A DNA stretch of 64,000 nucleotides from an uncultured Chlamydiae bacterium. GTDB lineage: Bacteria; Chlamydiota; Chlamydiia; Chlamydiales; SM23-39. The notes beneath the pieces are model-generated. The model was not told the origin of the DNA, did no database searches, and was given only the letters and a program-made list of their open reading frames with translations. Each line of letters begins with the position of its first letter. Position 1 is the stretch's first letter. This document shows positions 20,424 to 30,804 of the stretch, piece by piece. The stretch spans positions 512,001-576,000 of the forward strand of contig CAVSSM010000001.1 in NCBI GenBank assembly GCA_963730605.1, given 5' to 3'. A program made the translations under genes and the position numbers.

Positions 20424-20515
20424 TGTGAACGTTTGCGCGGCCGTTTTCCGATTCACACTTCGATTACCCGTTTTTCTCGAGAACGGGTCAGGGCACGGTA
20501 ACGCAAACGTTCACG
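20424..20515. repeat. about 90-bp imperfect palindrome
   Basis: GTGAACGTTTGCG ... CGCAAACGTTCAC with inner hairpin ACCCGTTTTT-CTCG-AGAACGGGT. Confidence 0.65.
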
Positions 20516-20563
20516 ATAATTTAGAGGGTGTCTACAAAGTCGAATAAATTTTTTCTTTTCTGA

Positions 20564-20810
20564 TATACTGCGACCGGTCAAAAAGAGTGAAAAATGCTAA
20601 GGAGGCGCCCTGAATTTGAGCCAGACGAAGTCGGCGTCGAAGCAGCTAAACTTGAAAAGTTTAGCGCCGGGGTCCCCGAAGACGCATCGTCTTTGGGGTG
20701 GGGTGCAGACGGGTCTCAAATTCAGTGGCTGTCCGAGGGGTCCCCAAAGATGCATCATCTTTGGGGTAGGGCGCCGGCAGATTCACTTTTTTTTGACCGT
20801 GAGCAGTATA
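20564..20810. repeat. palindromic element family C (247 bp, two internal GCATC-loop hairpins)
   Basis: TIR TATACTGC.ACGGTCAAAAA.AGTGAA; preceded by a family-B left end at 20523-20540. Confidence 0.8.
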
Positions 20811-20821
20811 TATTCAACGCC

Positions 20822-22048
20822 ATGCGCAGCGCCGTTTTTCTCTTCCTGGCCTTTTTTGCCCTATATGCTTTTGCCGATGACGAGGGGCAAGAGGAGGAGT
20901 GGCACCGGCCCCCCCATCCGAAAACGTCGTCTATCCTTGCTGGTAAATACATGACGGGGAACTGGGACGGCTGGAGAGACGTTTTGGAAGACCACGGTAT
21001 CGTCTTTGGCAGTTTCTTCCTCACCGAGTGTATGGGCAACCCAGTCGGAGGCAAGGCGCGAGGGTTCACCTATACCGGTTGGTACGGGATGAACCTCGAC
21101 ATTGATTTCGACAAAGCCTGCGGCTGGACTGGATTTGAGTTTTTCACATCGATGGCTTGGCGGACGGGAACGAGCCTTACGAAGAAAAAAATCGGCAACC
21201 AATTCCAGACCCAAGAAATCTACGGCGGCCAGACCGTCAAACTCAACGAACTCTATTTCAAAGAAACTCTCTGGGATGGAGCGTTCGAAGCGAAGGCAGG
21301 CAGGCTGAACGGGTGCAACGACTTTATAGCCTCTCCCCTTTATTGTCATTTTCTCAATTTGGCCATCTGCGGCAACCCAGTCTCGATCCTTTATAACACG
21401 GCTTTTACCGACGCCCCTTTTGCCCAGTGGGGCGCCTACCTCGGCGTCATGCCCCATGACATGGTCAAGGTAAAGGGGGGCGTTTATAACGGGAACAAGA
21501 ACGTCAACCTGAATAAGTATCACGGGGTCAATTTCACTTTCGAAAGCACAAACGGGGTCATTTGGATCACCGAATTGGATCTATTCGTCAACCAAAGGCA
21601 AGGCGACCGCTACCCGGGGAATTATCGAGCAGGATTTTTCTATCAGATGGCCAACACCCAGATCTTTTCCGGCGGCGTAGGAGGCGATTTTGGGTTTTAT
21701 TTTCAAATCGATCAGATGGTCTACGATGGGATCACCCCATTTGCCGCCATGATCTTCCAGCCGAAGGACCGGAACCTGATGCCTCTTTTCTTATCCAGCG
21801 GCATCGTCTTCGACGGGCTCGTTCCGAGCCGCCCCGAAGACTCCTTTGGTCTCGCCTATGCTTATGGTAAATTCAGTCCGGACCTCGGAACGGGGCAGAA
21901 TTTCGAATCGCTCTTCGAAGCGAACTATTGGTTCCAGGTGAACGAATGGTTTTCCGTCATCCCCGACGCCCAGTTCATCCTCCACCCGAAAGGGACCGAT
22001 ATTCCGAATGCTTTCTGCCTCGGTTTCCAAGTGGGAATAATGCTTTAG
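20822..22048 (+). CDS. carbohydrate-selective porin, OprB family
   Basis: Signal peptide MRSAVFLFLAFFALYAFA; MTGNWDGWRD.L...GI, GNPVGG, QEIYGGQT, C-terminal beta strand. Confidence 0.88.
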   Translation: MRSAVFLFLAFFALYAFADDEGQEEEWHRPPHPKTSSILAGKYMTGNWDGWRDVLEDHGIVFGSFFLTECMGNPVGGKARGFTYTGWYGMNLDIDFDKACGWTGFEFFTSMAWRTGTSLTKKKIGNQFQTQEIYGGQTVKLNELYFKETLWDGAFEAKAGRLNGCNDFIASPLYCHFLNLAICGNPVSILYNTAFTDAPFAQWGAYLGVMPHDMVKVKGGVYNGNKNVNLNKYHGVNFTFESTNGVIWITELDLFVNQRQGDRYPGNYRAGFFYQMANTQIFSGGVGGDFGFYFQIDQMVYDGITPFAAMIFQPKDRNLMPLFLSSGIVFDGLVPSRPEDSFGLAYAYGKFSPDLGTGQNFESLFEANYWFQVNEWFSVIPDAQFILHPKGTDIPNAFCLGFQVGIML

Positions 22049-22071
22049 GAATACCCAGGCCTTATTCTATC

Positions 22072-23268
22072 TTAACATTTTATTGCACCGGTGATCTTCG
22101 CTTCTTGCTCTTTTTGCAATTTGCGCTTTTTCGATTGGTGCCATGCGTAAAATCCGGCGATTCCTGCTCCCCCGCTAATTGCCCCGATGCCTAAGAGCCA
22201 ATTTGGACTGGATCCGTTATTTGTTTGAGACTGGTTAGAGGATGTCTGATTGGAATTGGCGGAATCGACAGCCGAGTCTCTTTTCTCTGGAGTTTGGTCC
22301 GGCTTAGGCTGTGCGGATGCTTCATTTGCATCTGGCTCTTTCTTCTGAGCAGAAGCTGTATTTTCAGGTTGTGGACTTGGCGGCGTTTGTTTTTCCTCTT
22401 TTTTTGTTTGAGTCGCTGTCGCATCATTCTGATTTGTGGGTGCGCTAGATTTCGCTACATTTTGAGCAGTTGGTGACCGATGGTTGCTATTTTGCGGATC
22501 GAAAGTGTTGGGGTTATTTGCGGAGCCTACCTTTTCTGGAGCTTGAGTCGTATCGACCTCTTGATTGGTAATATTGTGCATTTTTTCATAGCTTTGCTTC
22601 TGTTCGGTTAATTTACGCATCAACTCTAGTTTCTTTTGCTTCTCTTCGGTTAATTTATGCATAAACTCTAGTTTCTTTTGTGCGTTTATATATTCATGCA
22701 GCCTCATCCTTTTTCCCATGCAATTCAAAAGAGACGATTTAAAATAATTTATAATTTCATCTTCAAATAAAAAATCCTCCATAGCAGAACTCCAATTTGG
22801 GTTCAGCACGTCTTTATCCAGAACCCCCTTCGTCTGACCGCTTTCCTTCACAAACACATCCATCGAATCTAGTGAGGGCCAATCACAATTGGTCAAATAA
22901 AGTATGATAATCCTCTGGACACCACCCAAAAATGAAGACCAGAGCCAGAGAGCTGGTGGCGTTCTAACATTAAAATTAAAATCGGGATTGGATATGGTCA
23001 AATAATCGTTTGTCTGATTTGTATGAAGTTTTACTCCAAAAGGATTACTGCCTTTGCAGATAGCTTCGCATCCGCCCGATCCTTTGACGCACTCTGCCGC
23101 GAGATTGCAAGAGCTTAAAGGATCGGCATATACCTCTGAAAATACTTCAAATATTCGTTGAAGGAATGCTTTGCTTTTAGGAATTGTGGAAAAATCACAA
23201 GACGCTGGAGAAATATAATCCTGATAAAAATCGAATATCTTTTGGCTAGAATTTAATGACACTGACAT
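22072..23268 (-). CDS. AT-rich orphan, tail-anchored protein
   Basis: 398 aa; Cys-rich N-terminal part, duplicated 14-aa coiled-coil unit, disordered linker, C-terminal TM segment and basic tail. Confidence 0.8.
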   Translation of the reverse strand: MSVSLNSSQKIFDFYQDYISPASCDFSTIPKSKAFLQRIFEVFSEVYADPLSSCNLAAECVKGSGGCEAICKGSNPFGVKLHTNQTNDYLTISNPDFNFNVRTPPALWLWSSFLGGVQRIIILYLTNCDWPSLDSMDVFVKESGQTKGVLDKDVLNPNWSSAMEDFLFEDEIINYFKSSLLNCMGKRMRLHEYINAQKKLEFMHKLTEEKQKKLELMRKLTEQKQSYEKMHNITNQEVDTTQAPEKVGSANNPNTFDPQNSNHRSPTAQNVAKSSAPTNQNDATATQTKKEEKQTPPSPQPENTASAQKKEPDANEASAQPKPDQTPEKRDSAVDSANSNQTSSNQSQTNNGSSPNWLLGIGAISGGAGIAGFYAWHQSKKRKLQKEQEAKITGAIKC

Positions 23269-23553
23269 AAAATCCCTTCCTCTATTTTAGGGGTGCTGCG
23301 GTTAGGATAGTAGCGCCAGAGTGTCCTATGAAAGGGACTGCTTTCAGCCTATCCGTCTCTATTTTTAAAATGCCAAGACTTTATCATGAAAACGGATTAA
23401 ATTAAAGTATAAAAATAGCTTTACAGTTCCCGTTAAATACATTCACAATATATTGACCATCAGGAACATAATGTATAAAACTGCGCGAAAAAATTTCGTA
23501 AAAATTCAAACTTCTCCAGGAGAAATTTATTTAACGGGAATCGCTGATAGCTT

Positions 23554-23717
23554 TATATCAAAACAACCTGAAGAATCGGTTTTTGACTGCGTCGGCTTTA
23601 CCTCAGAATTTTTGTTCTCACTCGCGCCTTGCGCACGCGCAATGGTCGCTTGCTCCGAACACAAATTCTGAGGAGCCTCCTTGTCAAATTCCCGATTCTT
23701 CAGGTTGTTTCGGTATA
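23554..23717. repeat. palindromic element family A, copy 2 (inverted)
   Basis: Reverse complement of 15161..15324. Confidence 0.9.
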
Positions 23718-23774
23718 CATCCTTTTGGACAGGCGCGGTTTTGTTTAGTAAATCATTTTTTTATCCTCTTATAC

Positions 23775-23944
23775 GAACCTATCCTCCAATTCTTCACGAT
23801 CCCTTTACGGCACGCTTTCGGGCGCTTTTCGCGCCTCCGCCCTCGTAAAGATCACCGTCCCGATATTTACTTCGGGCGGTCGACGACGAAAAATCGCCTC
23901 AAAATCGACCATAAATGAATCATTAAGAATTGGAGGATAGGTTC
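23775..23944. repeat. palindromic element family G, copy 1
   Basis: TIR GAACCTATCCTCCAATTCTT; near-identical copy at 51968..52137. Confidence 0.9.
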
Positions 23945-24946
23945 ACGATAAAGCCCCCTTATAGCCTTTCTTTAGACACCACCGGATCGTTCGGGCAAGT
24001 CCCTCTGGAAGCGCGGTGGTGGGCTTCCATCCTAACTCGCGGCCGATCTTGATGCGTCGATCGAATAACGGAAATCATGCCCCGGACGGTCCTCCACGAA
24101 ACGGATGAGTGAGCGAAAGCCTCCCACGGCCTGCCCTGACTCTTTCGCGATGAGGTCGATCAAAAGATGGAGAAGTTCCAGATTAGACAGCTCCGCCCCT
24201 CCTCCAATATCGTACGTCTCCCCCTTTTTCCCGTTCTGCAAAATGGCATAGACAGCGTCGGCATGGTCATCCACATAGAGCCAATCCCTGATATTCGCCC
24301 CGCGTCCATAGACCGGCAATTCTTTATGGGCGAGGCACTGGAGGATCATGAGAGGAATAAACTTTTCGGGGAATTGCCCGGGGCCGTAGTTGTTGCTGCA
24401 ATGAGACAAGGTCGTCGAAAGACGATAGGTTTCAGAAAAGGCCCGAACAAGATGGTCGGAGGCGGCCTTCGACGCGGAGTAGGGAGAATTGGGGCGATAC
24501 GGAGAATGTTCATGGAACGACCCGCTCTCTCCCAGCGAGCCGTATACTTCATCGGTAGAGATGTGATGAAAGTGCACATGAGGGAATTTCCGGACCGACT
24601 CGAGAAGAGAGAGCGTCCCCATCACGTTCGCATCAAAGAAGGGACGGGCCGACGCTATGCTCCGGTCTACGTGCGTTTCGGCGGCGAAATGGACAATCGC
24701 ATCGATCTCCTGCTCTTCCAGGACCCTTTCGATGAAATGCTGGTTATTGATATCGCCCTGGATGAAACGATACCGGGGGTGGGTGTGGAATCCATCCAGG
24801 TTTGCCAGATTTGCCGCATAGGTCAATAGATCGAAGTTGATGATGCGCCCTTCAAAATGAGAAGAGCGGAGAAGGTAGCGGATGAACGCCGATCCGATAA
24901 AACCAGCTCCGCCGGTCACTAAGAGACGCTTAAGCTGCCGTGTCAC
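23943..24946 (-). CDS. rfbB: dTDP-glucose 4,6-dehydratase, frameshift near 24045
   Basis: VTGGAGFIGS, AAETHVDRS, STDEVYG, YSASK, DRPGHDFRY; tail (ELGWKP...) is in another frame. Confidence 0.93.
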
Positions 24947-25775
24947 GCAAATATTCCCTAAGGGCTTCTCTCCAGGGTCGTATGGGCGCGCCGAGTTTTC
25001 GTTCGATCTTCGAAGTGTCGAAGACCGAGTAGACAGGCCGTTCTGCGGGCGACGGGAATGTCGAGCCAGGAACCGGCACGATCCGTTTTGCGGCAATCGT
25101 TAATCCGAGAGCTGCAGCCTCTTCCCGCATCGCAAGCCCAAATTCATATTTAGTCGCGGCGCCCCGATTCGCAAAATGGTAAATGCCCGAAGCGTCGAGC
25201 ATTCTTAGAATCGCATCGGAAAGGTCTCGGGCATAAGTAGGGAGGTTCCAATGATCGTTCGTCAAATGGATCTCTTCCTTTTCCTGGAGCATCTGTTGCA
25301 GTTTCGCCACAAAATTTTTCCCGCCGCGGCCGAAAATCCAAGAAGTGCGGATGATAGCGGCCTGTGGATTTACTTGCAGCAAGCGCCGCTCCCCTTCGAG
25401 CTTCGTTCGCCCATAATGGCTGCACGGATCCACCGGATCGTCCTCTTTGAGCGGGCGATGCAGGTTGCCGGGAAAGACGTAGTCGGTGGAAATATGGACG
25501 ATCCGCGCATGGATCTCTCTGGCAAGAATTCCAAGATTTTCTGGGCCGAGCGCGTTGGCCTTATAAGCCGCTTCAGGGTACGCCTCCGCCCGATCGACAA
25601 GAGAAAAAGCGGCGCAATTGACGATATGGGTAATCCCCCGATTTTGCCTGGCAAACGAACGGAGGGCATCGAGATCGCCGATATCGGCCATCTTTTTGCC
25701 GGTTGCCAATGCCGCAGATTCTCGCAAAACAGATCCGAGAAGACCGTCTGCTCCCGTAACCCAGATCTTCTTCAC
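24930..25775 (-). CDS. rfbD: dTDP-4-dehydrorhamnose reductase
   Basis: TGADGLLG, ISTDYVF, YGRTKLEGE. Confidence 0.94.
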   Translation of the reverse strand: MKKIWVTGADGLLGSVLRESAALATGKKMADIGDLDALRSFARQNRGITHIVNCAAFSLVDRAEAYPEAAYKANALGPENLGILAREIHARIVHISTDYVFPGNLHRPLKEDDPVDPCSHYGRTKLEGERRLLQVNPQAAIIRTSWIFGRGGKNFVAKLQQMLQEKEEIHLTNDHWNLPTYARDLSDAILRMLDASGIYHFANRGAATKYEFGLAMREEAAALGLTIAAKRIVPVPGSTFPSPAERPVYSVFDTSKIERKLGAPIRPWREALREYLRDTAA

Positions 25776-26305
25776 TTAAAAACCTCTTTAAAAAATAAAT
25801 TCATCCGGTCTCTTTCGCTCAAAATGGGATCAATGACCGGCCAAGGGATCGCAAGATCCGGATCATTCCATCGGATAGACCGTTCGGTTCGAGGATTATA
25901 AACCGAGGAGACTTTATATTGAACGATCGCATCGTCGCTCATAACGCAAAACCCATGGGCGAATCCGACAGGGATGAAAAACTGGCGACGATCCCTGTCG
26001 TCGAGAAGGGTTGCTTCCCACTCCCCGAATGTAGGAGAACTGGGGCGGATATCCACGGCGACATCCCAGATAGCCCCCCGGATGCAAGAGACAAGTTTCG
26101 CCTGCCCGGGGTCGGATTGGAAATGGAGCGCGCGGATTGTCCCCTTTTTTGAGTAAGAGATGTTATCTTGTATGAAAGGAATGGAGATCTCCTTCTCGGC
26201 AAATTTTGGCCACGCGTAGCTTTCGAAAAAAAATCCTCTCTCATCGTAGAATATGTTCACCGATATCAATTTCAAACCATTCAATCGCAGATCGGTAACT
26301 TCCAT
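25772..26305 (-). CDS. rfbC: dTDP-4-dehydrorhamnose 3,5-epimerase
   Basis: DERGFFFE, QDN.S.S, DVAVDIR..SPTFG, GFAHGF. Confidence 0.95.
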   Translation of the reverse strand: MEVTDLRLNGLKLISVNIFYDERGFFFESYAWPKFAEKEISIPFIQDNISYSKKGTIRALHFQSDPGQAKLVSCIRGAIWDVAVDIRPSSPTFGEWEATLLDDRDRRQFFIPVGFAHGFCVMSDDAIVQYKVSSVYNPRTERSIRWNDPDLAIPWPVIDPILSERDRMNLFFKEVFK

Positions 26306-26378
26306 ATAAATAGGGTAATAGAAATTGCTGTTATGAGAAATCAGAAAATGGTAGGAGTAAAAAAGAGGCGGTGTTCTT

Positions 26379-27131
26379 ATGGAATTTGAAAAGAGAAAGT
26401 TGGAATGGCTGGAATACGACCTACTTGAGCCTTTTGCTCATGTCGTTCACGGCGTCTTTCTCAGACACGGCGGAACGAGCAAATCTCCGTTCGATACGCT
26501 CAACACTTCCTTGGAAGTCGGAGACCATCCTGATACGGTGAAAGTGAACCGCGAAGCCATCCGCAAAACGCTGGATCTTCCAAAAATCGTTTACGCAGTG
26601 CAAAAGCACGGGACCAACGTCCATCGCGTAACCGCAAAGAACTCCGATAAAATACCCGTCGCCGATGGACTTTTTACGACCGAAAAAAATCTCGGGCTCG
26701 CCGTTACGCATGGGGATTGCCAGGGAGCTATTTTCTACGACCCTGTCCACGAGGCCCTCGCAGTCTGCCATTGCGGTTGGAAAGGAACGGCCGAAAATAT
26801 CTATGCCCGCGTTGTATCTTCGATGCACCAAGAGATCGGCACCCAGGCCCATAATCTCCTCGTCTGCATCTCCCCATCGCTTGGCCCCGACCATGCGGAA
26901 TACAAGAATTACAAACACGAAATTCCGCAGGATCTTTGGAGTTTTCAGACAAAGCCGAACTATTTTGACTTTTGGGCGATCAGCAGAAAGCAGCTAAGCG
27001 GCTGCGGCATCCCCGAAAAAAATATCGAAATCAGCAGCCTTTGCACCGTCTGCAACAAAGGGGATTATTTTTCCTACCGCTCTGAAAAGAAAACCGGCCG
27101 CAACGTAACGGTAGCAGCGCTCAAAGGGTAG
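26379..27131 (+). CDS. pgeF: YfiH/PgeF-family protein
   Basis: R.GG.S, QKHG, ADGL.T, HGDC, HCGWKG, CT.C...YFSYR. Confidence 0.9.
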   Translation: MEFEKRKLEWLEYDLLEPFAHVVHGVFLRHGGTSKSPFDTLNTSLEVGDHPDTVKVNREAIRKTLDLPKIVYAVQKHGTNVHRVTAKNSDKIPVADGLFTTEKNLGLAVTHGDCQGAIFYDPVHEALAVCHCGWKGTAENIYARVVSSMHQEIGTQAHNLLVCISPSLGPDHAEYKNYKHEIPQDLWSFQTKPNYFDFWAISRKQLSGCGIPEKNIEISSLCTVCNKGDYFSYRSEKKTGRNVTVAALKG

Positions 27132-27141
27132 CCTTTCGTTT

Positions 27142-28068
27142 ATGTCTGTCGAAGAATCCACCCCTCCTCGCTTGAGTTTAGGGATTGCGATCTGCTTGAT
27201 CGCCTACGTCTTTTTCATTACGGCCAGCACTTTGGTTTCGAGTTTCGACGATCCCTTCCCAACCGTAGAGATCATCTTCATCCAAAACGGCGTCAGTTTC
27301 CTCCTCATCCTTCCGCTCGCTCTCCGAAAAGGCTTCCGCCGCCTGAAAACCGGCGTCCTTGCGACCCATATGATCCGGGACCTCTTTGGCATTGGGAGTT
27401 ATTTCCTTTACTTTCTAGCCATTCGCAGCCTCAACCTGGTCGATGCGACGACGCTCAACTACACGGCCCCTTTTTTCGTTCCCTTGATCTGGTGGATTTG
27501 GATGAAACAAAGAGTCGGAGCCCATGTTTGGTGGTCGATTATCGTCGGATTCATCGGCCTCGCCGTCATCTTGAACCCGACGAAAGAGATCTTCCAGCTC
27601 GGCTTCGTCTATGGCCTCTTCGCCGGGATCGCGTCGGGAGTCTCCTTCTGCGCAATCAGGGTCTTGAACATGGCAAGAGAACCGATGAGCCGAACGCTCT
27701 TCTATTATTTTGCCTTCGGTGCCCTCACTACGCTTCCCTTCGCCTGGGCTTCCTGGGTATCCCCAACTCCCATCGAATGGGTAAAAGCCGTCGGCATAGG
27801 AACCTCCACTGCAATAGCCCAGGTCTTGCTCACTGTAGCCTACAGGCATGGCACTGCATCCTACCTGTCGCCTCTCGGATACGCGACGGTGATTTACGCA
27901 GGGATCATCGGCTGGCTGTTTTTAGGCATTCCCATCACTTGGAGATCAGCGATCGGAACGATCCTCATCATCGTGGGTGGTACCGTGACCTACGTGCTGA
28001 AGAAACACCCCGTAAGCATCAAAGAAACCTTCCAAACGCCTAATCCTAAAGAAAAGCCGCCTTTATGA
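27142..28068 (+). CDS. DMT/EamA-family transporter
   Basis: About 10 TM segments in two EamA-like repeats. Confidence 0.88.
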   Translation: MSVEESTPPRLSLGIAICLIAYVFFITASTLVSSFDDPFPTVEIIFIQNGVSFLLILPLALRKGFRRLKTGVLATHMIRDLFGIGSYFLYFLAIRSLNLVDATTLNYTAPFFVPLIWWIWMKQRVGAHVWWSIIVGFIGLAVILNPTKEIFQLGFVYGLFAGIASGVSFCAIRVLNMAREPMSRTLFYYFAFGALTTLPFAWASWVSPTPIEWVKAVGIGTSTAIAQVLLTVAYRHGTASYLSPLGYATVIYAGIIGWLFLGIPITWRSAIGTILIIVGGTVTYVLKKHPVSIKETFQTPNPKEKPPL

Positions 28069-28087
28069 GCTGAAGGCGACCCTTCGG

Positions 28088-28423
28088 CTACTCTTGGGCT
28101 CTTTTCGCCGCCCCTTTTCTATGGCAGCTCTCGCCGCAATGGGTCTTTCCACGAGGGGGTTCTTGACCGCAGGGCTTAGGCTTAGGTTCTTCACATTCAT
28201 TGCATTGGCCTGTGACATATACATCGTAGTCGCACCTATCCTCCCTGGGCTGGCGCTCCCTTATAATCTGGGCCCCTCCGCACTCATCAGGAGTCGTGTT
28301 ACAATCCCTAGGACACGACATCGTTATTTCCTTGCTGTCTTCAGTTGGCGCTACTTGGGCGGAAAGAGATCCGAAGAAGGCAATCAAACCGAAACAGGCA
28401 ATCTTGCTGAAATCCATTTTCAT
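28088..28423 (-). CDS. small secreted cysteine-rich protein
   Basis: SD GGAGG, signal peptide ending SLSA, 9 Cys in the mature region. Confidence 0.7.
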   Translation of the reverse strand: MKMDFSKIACFGLIAFFGSLSAQVAPTEDSKEITMSCPRDCNTTPDECGGAQIIRERQPREDRCDYDVYVTGQCNECEEPKPKPCGQEPPRGKTHCGESCHRKGAAKRAQE

Positions 28424-28578
28424 GGGCCTAACCTCCTAAACAAAACACACACCTATTAGGACGTTACTCCCTTCATCAATATTTGTCTAGAGGGGTGGCT
28501 AGAGAGTGTTTACGATTAGGGTGTTTGAGTATAATTTGTCGATTTTCTATACTTTTCCAAGTCAAGAGAGCGTCTTCC

Positions 28579-29013
28579 ATGTTTCAAAAATTCTTCCTTG
28601 CAGTAGCCTGCGCAATCTCCCCGTTTTTCGGAGACGAGGTCCATAAATTTGCTGGCAAGCACTTCCTGGCGAGCTATTTGCATTGCGATCCAAAAGCGAT
28701 TTCCGATGTCCAAAGTTTGCTCGCAGCCATGGACAAAGCGGTCAGTAGCTCCGGAGCTACCATCCTCGACAAAAGCTCCTATATCTTTTATCCTGCAGGA
28801 GTGACCATCGCCTATCTTTTGTCCGAAAGCCACGCTAGCCTCCACTCCTATCCCGAATTTGGAGCTTGTTTTGTCGACCTTTTTACTTGCGGAGACAACT
28901 GTTCGGCTAAAGAGTTCGATGCGGCCCTCCGCGCATTCCTGCTACCTCAGGAGGTCAATGCCCGCTATTTTTTGAGGACTGAAGAGACTGAAGAGCTCCC
29001 TCTTCCCTTTTAA
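28579..29013 (+). CDS. speD: pyruvoyl-dependent S-adenosylmethionine decarboxylase-family proenzyme
   Basis: GKH, LLSESHASLHSYPE cleavage motif, VDLFTCG. Confidence 0.85.
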   Translation: MFQKFFLAVACAISPFFGDEVHKFAGKHFLASYLHCDPKAISDVQSLLAAMDKAVSSSGATILDKSSYIFYPAGVTIAYLLSESHASLHSYPEFGACFVDLFTCGDNCSAKEFDAALRAFLLPQEVNARYFLRTEETEELPLPF

Positions 29014-30058
29014 TTAGAGAGTCGGCGGCGCGCAGCACGGTTTCTAGGGGAAGCGATTCTAAACAATCGCTCCGCTTGCTCCCCCCGCACCCGTCGAGAT
29101 AGCAAGGACGGCAACTTTTTTTCATTGAGACGACGCGAGCATGAGGATTGCGCCAAGGACCCCAAGTCACATCCGATGTTGGCCCAAAGAGGGCGACTAC
29201 CGGTTTTTTTAGAGCGCTCGCCATATGGAAAGAGACCGAATCGACGCAAATCAAAAGCTCAGCCCTATCGATCAAAGCACCTAATTCTTTTAGGCTTAAC
29301 TGGCCACCCAGATTGAGAATGTCCAGACCTTGCGAGATCTCGCTCGCCATCTCCTTTTCGAACGGATCCGGCCCAGAAGTGACGATCACTCGCTTCCCTT
29401 CTTTCAAAAGCCACGTTGCCAATTGCCTCATTTTCTTTGCCTGCCAGCATTTGAAACGCCAGCGAGAGGTCGGATGAATCAATACGAAAGGAGCCTCGCC
29501 GGCGAGCTGTCTGGCCTTTTCCCGGGCTGTTTCAGGCAGATGGAGGTAGAGATCTCTCGATTCCGGAGGAGGAAAGATCCCAATCCTCCGAAGGACGTCT
29601 AAATTTCTTTCAACCGTATGACGAAGAGAGGGGCATTCCTTCGCGATATGGGTAAGGGCCTTTTTCTGCCATTTGCCCTTTGGAGGGAACCCCGCCCGGA
29701 TTTTCGCCTTCGACACCACAGCAGCGATCACTCCTCGATCCCCCTCGGTCAAATTGATGACTAGATCGTACTCTCTCTTCCGAATCTCTCGGAGAAGTCC
29801 CAGCTCTTTGCTTATGCGAAGAATCTTACTCCCCCGCTTCCAATTTCTGTCATAGCCGATCAAGCGATCGATGTCGGGGTGGCCTTCCAACATCGGCAGA
29901 GCTTCTTGATAGATGTAAGCGTCTACCTCCGCCTGAGGGATCGCTTGTTTCAGAGCATGGAAAACGGGGCCGGTGAGAAGTACATCCCCCAGATGGCGAA
30001 GCTTGACAACTAAAATTTTTTTTACCTGTTTTAGCTCTGGATAGTTGCCGTAAGTCAT
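28955..30058 (-). CDS. GT9 LPS heptosyltransferase (RfaQ/WaaQ-like)
   Basis: [24 protein letters not shown]...HMA.A, LFGP; likely start MTYGNY at 30058. Confidence 0.88.
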   Translation of the reverse strand: MTYGNYPELKQVKKILVVKLRHLGDVLLTGPVFHALKQAIPQAEVDAYIYQEALPMLEGHPDIDRLIGYDRNWKRGSKILRISKELGLLREIRKREYDLVINLTEGDRGVIAAVVSKAKIRAGFPPKGKWQKKALTHIAKECPSLRHTVERNLDVLRRIGIFPPPESRDLYLHLPETAREKARQLAGEAPFVLIHPTSRWRFKCWQAKKMRQLATWLLKEGKRVIVTSGPDPFEKEMASEISQGLDILNLGGQLSLKELGALIDRAELLICVDSVSFHMASALKKPVVALFGPTSDVTWGPWRNPHARVVSMKKSCRPCYLDGCGGSKRSDCLESLPLETVLRAADSLIKREEGALQSLQSSKNSGH

Positions 30059-30178
30059 TTGCCCTTCGAAATTCAAAATTTTAACATTTTTTGCACTTTT
30101 GCACAGAACTTCCTCGTGATTTATTTTCCTTTGAGATACAATGCCTATGCATTGAAACTTTTTTGGAGTTGTATTCTC

Positions 30179-30625
30179 ATGACGCACACTACCTCCCAAA
30201 CCCTGGAGCAAACCCTCTCGATCATCAAACCCGATGCCGTCGGGCAAAACATGATCGGCAACATCATTGAATATTTTGAACGTGAAGGTTTAAGCGTTAT
30301 TGCCGTCAAGATGCTCCATCTCTCGGCAGATCAGGCCAAGTCATTCTACGCGGTGCATAAAGAGCGCCCTTTCTTCCAAGACTTAGTAGAATTTATGATT
30401 TCGGGTCCCGTCATCGTCATGGTCCTTCAAGGCGAAAATGCGGTAGCCCGCAATCGCGAGATCATGGGAGCGACCGATCCCGCGAAAGCAACCCCTGGCA
30501 CGATTCGCGCCGATTTCGCAACCAGCATCGAGCGGAATGCCATCCATGGTTCGGACAGCCAGCAGACGGCCAAATCGGAAATCTCATTCTTCTTCAAGCC
30601 AAGCGAGATTTTCCCTAGATCCTGA
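30179..30625 (+). CDS. ndk: nucleoside diphosphate kinase
   Basis: [25 protein letters not shown]. Confidence 0.97.
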   Translation: MTHTTSQTLEQTLSIIKPDAVGQNMIGNIIEYFEREGLSVIAVKMLHLSADQAKSFYAVHKERPFFQDLVEFMISGPVIVMVLQGENAVARNREIMGATDPAKATPGTIRADFATSIERNAIHGSDSQQTAKSEISFFFKPSEIFPRS

Positions 30626-30643
30626 GTTGGGAAGTTGTTTGTG

Positions 30644-30779
30644 TATAACCTGAAGAATCGGGAATATGACACTGCGAAATCACAAAAAAGGTTCTTGGCC
30701 GCCACCGGGATCCCCAAAAACGCATCGTTTTTGGGGTGGGGCGCCGCCAGAAACCGATTCCTCAGGTTATTTGAGTATA
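30644..30779. repeat. palindromic element with family A-type termini and a different core
   Basis: TAACCTGAAGAATCGG...CCGATTCCTCAGGTTA; core holds the GCATC-loop hairpin. Confidence 0.8.
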
Positions 30780-30804
30780 TCCAATGAAGCAAGCCTATTG
30801 GACG

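Noticed and set aside
20380..20520. Possible SRP or 6S RNA
   Set aside because: Lacks the SRP domain IV motif and is too short for 6S; kept only as a palindrome.
20594..20821. N-terminal extensions of the OprB, SNF2 (to 46510) and 14418 (to 15197) ORFs as in-frame repeat insertions in proteins
   Set aside because: Better starts (signal peptide, SD or conserved N-terminus) lie downstream; the extensions are read-through of stop-free repeats.
23226..23268. Prenylation signal on the 398-aa orphan (gene 22072..23268)
   Set aside because: The protein ends AIKC, with Cys terminal rather than at -4, so it is not a CaaX box.
28955..29013. 59-bp convergent overlap of speD and the GT9 gene as antisense regulation
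   Set aside because: Short tail-to-tail overlaps are common, and this one may come from a lost stop codon or an indel.
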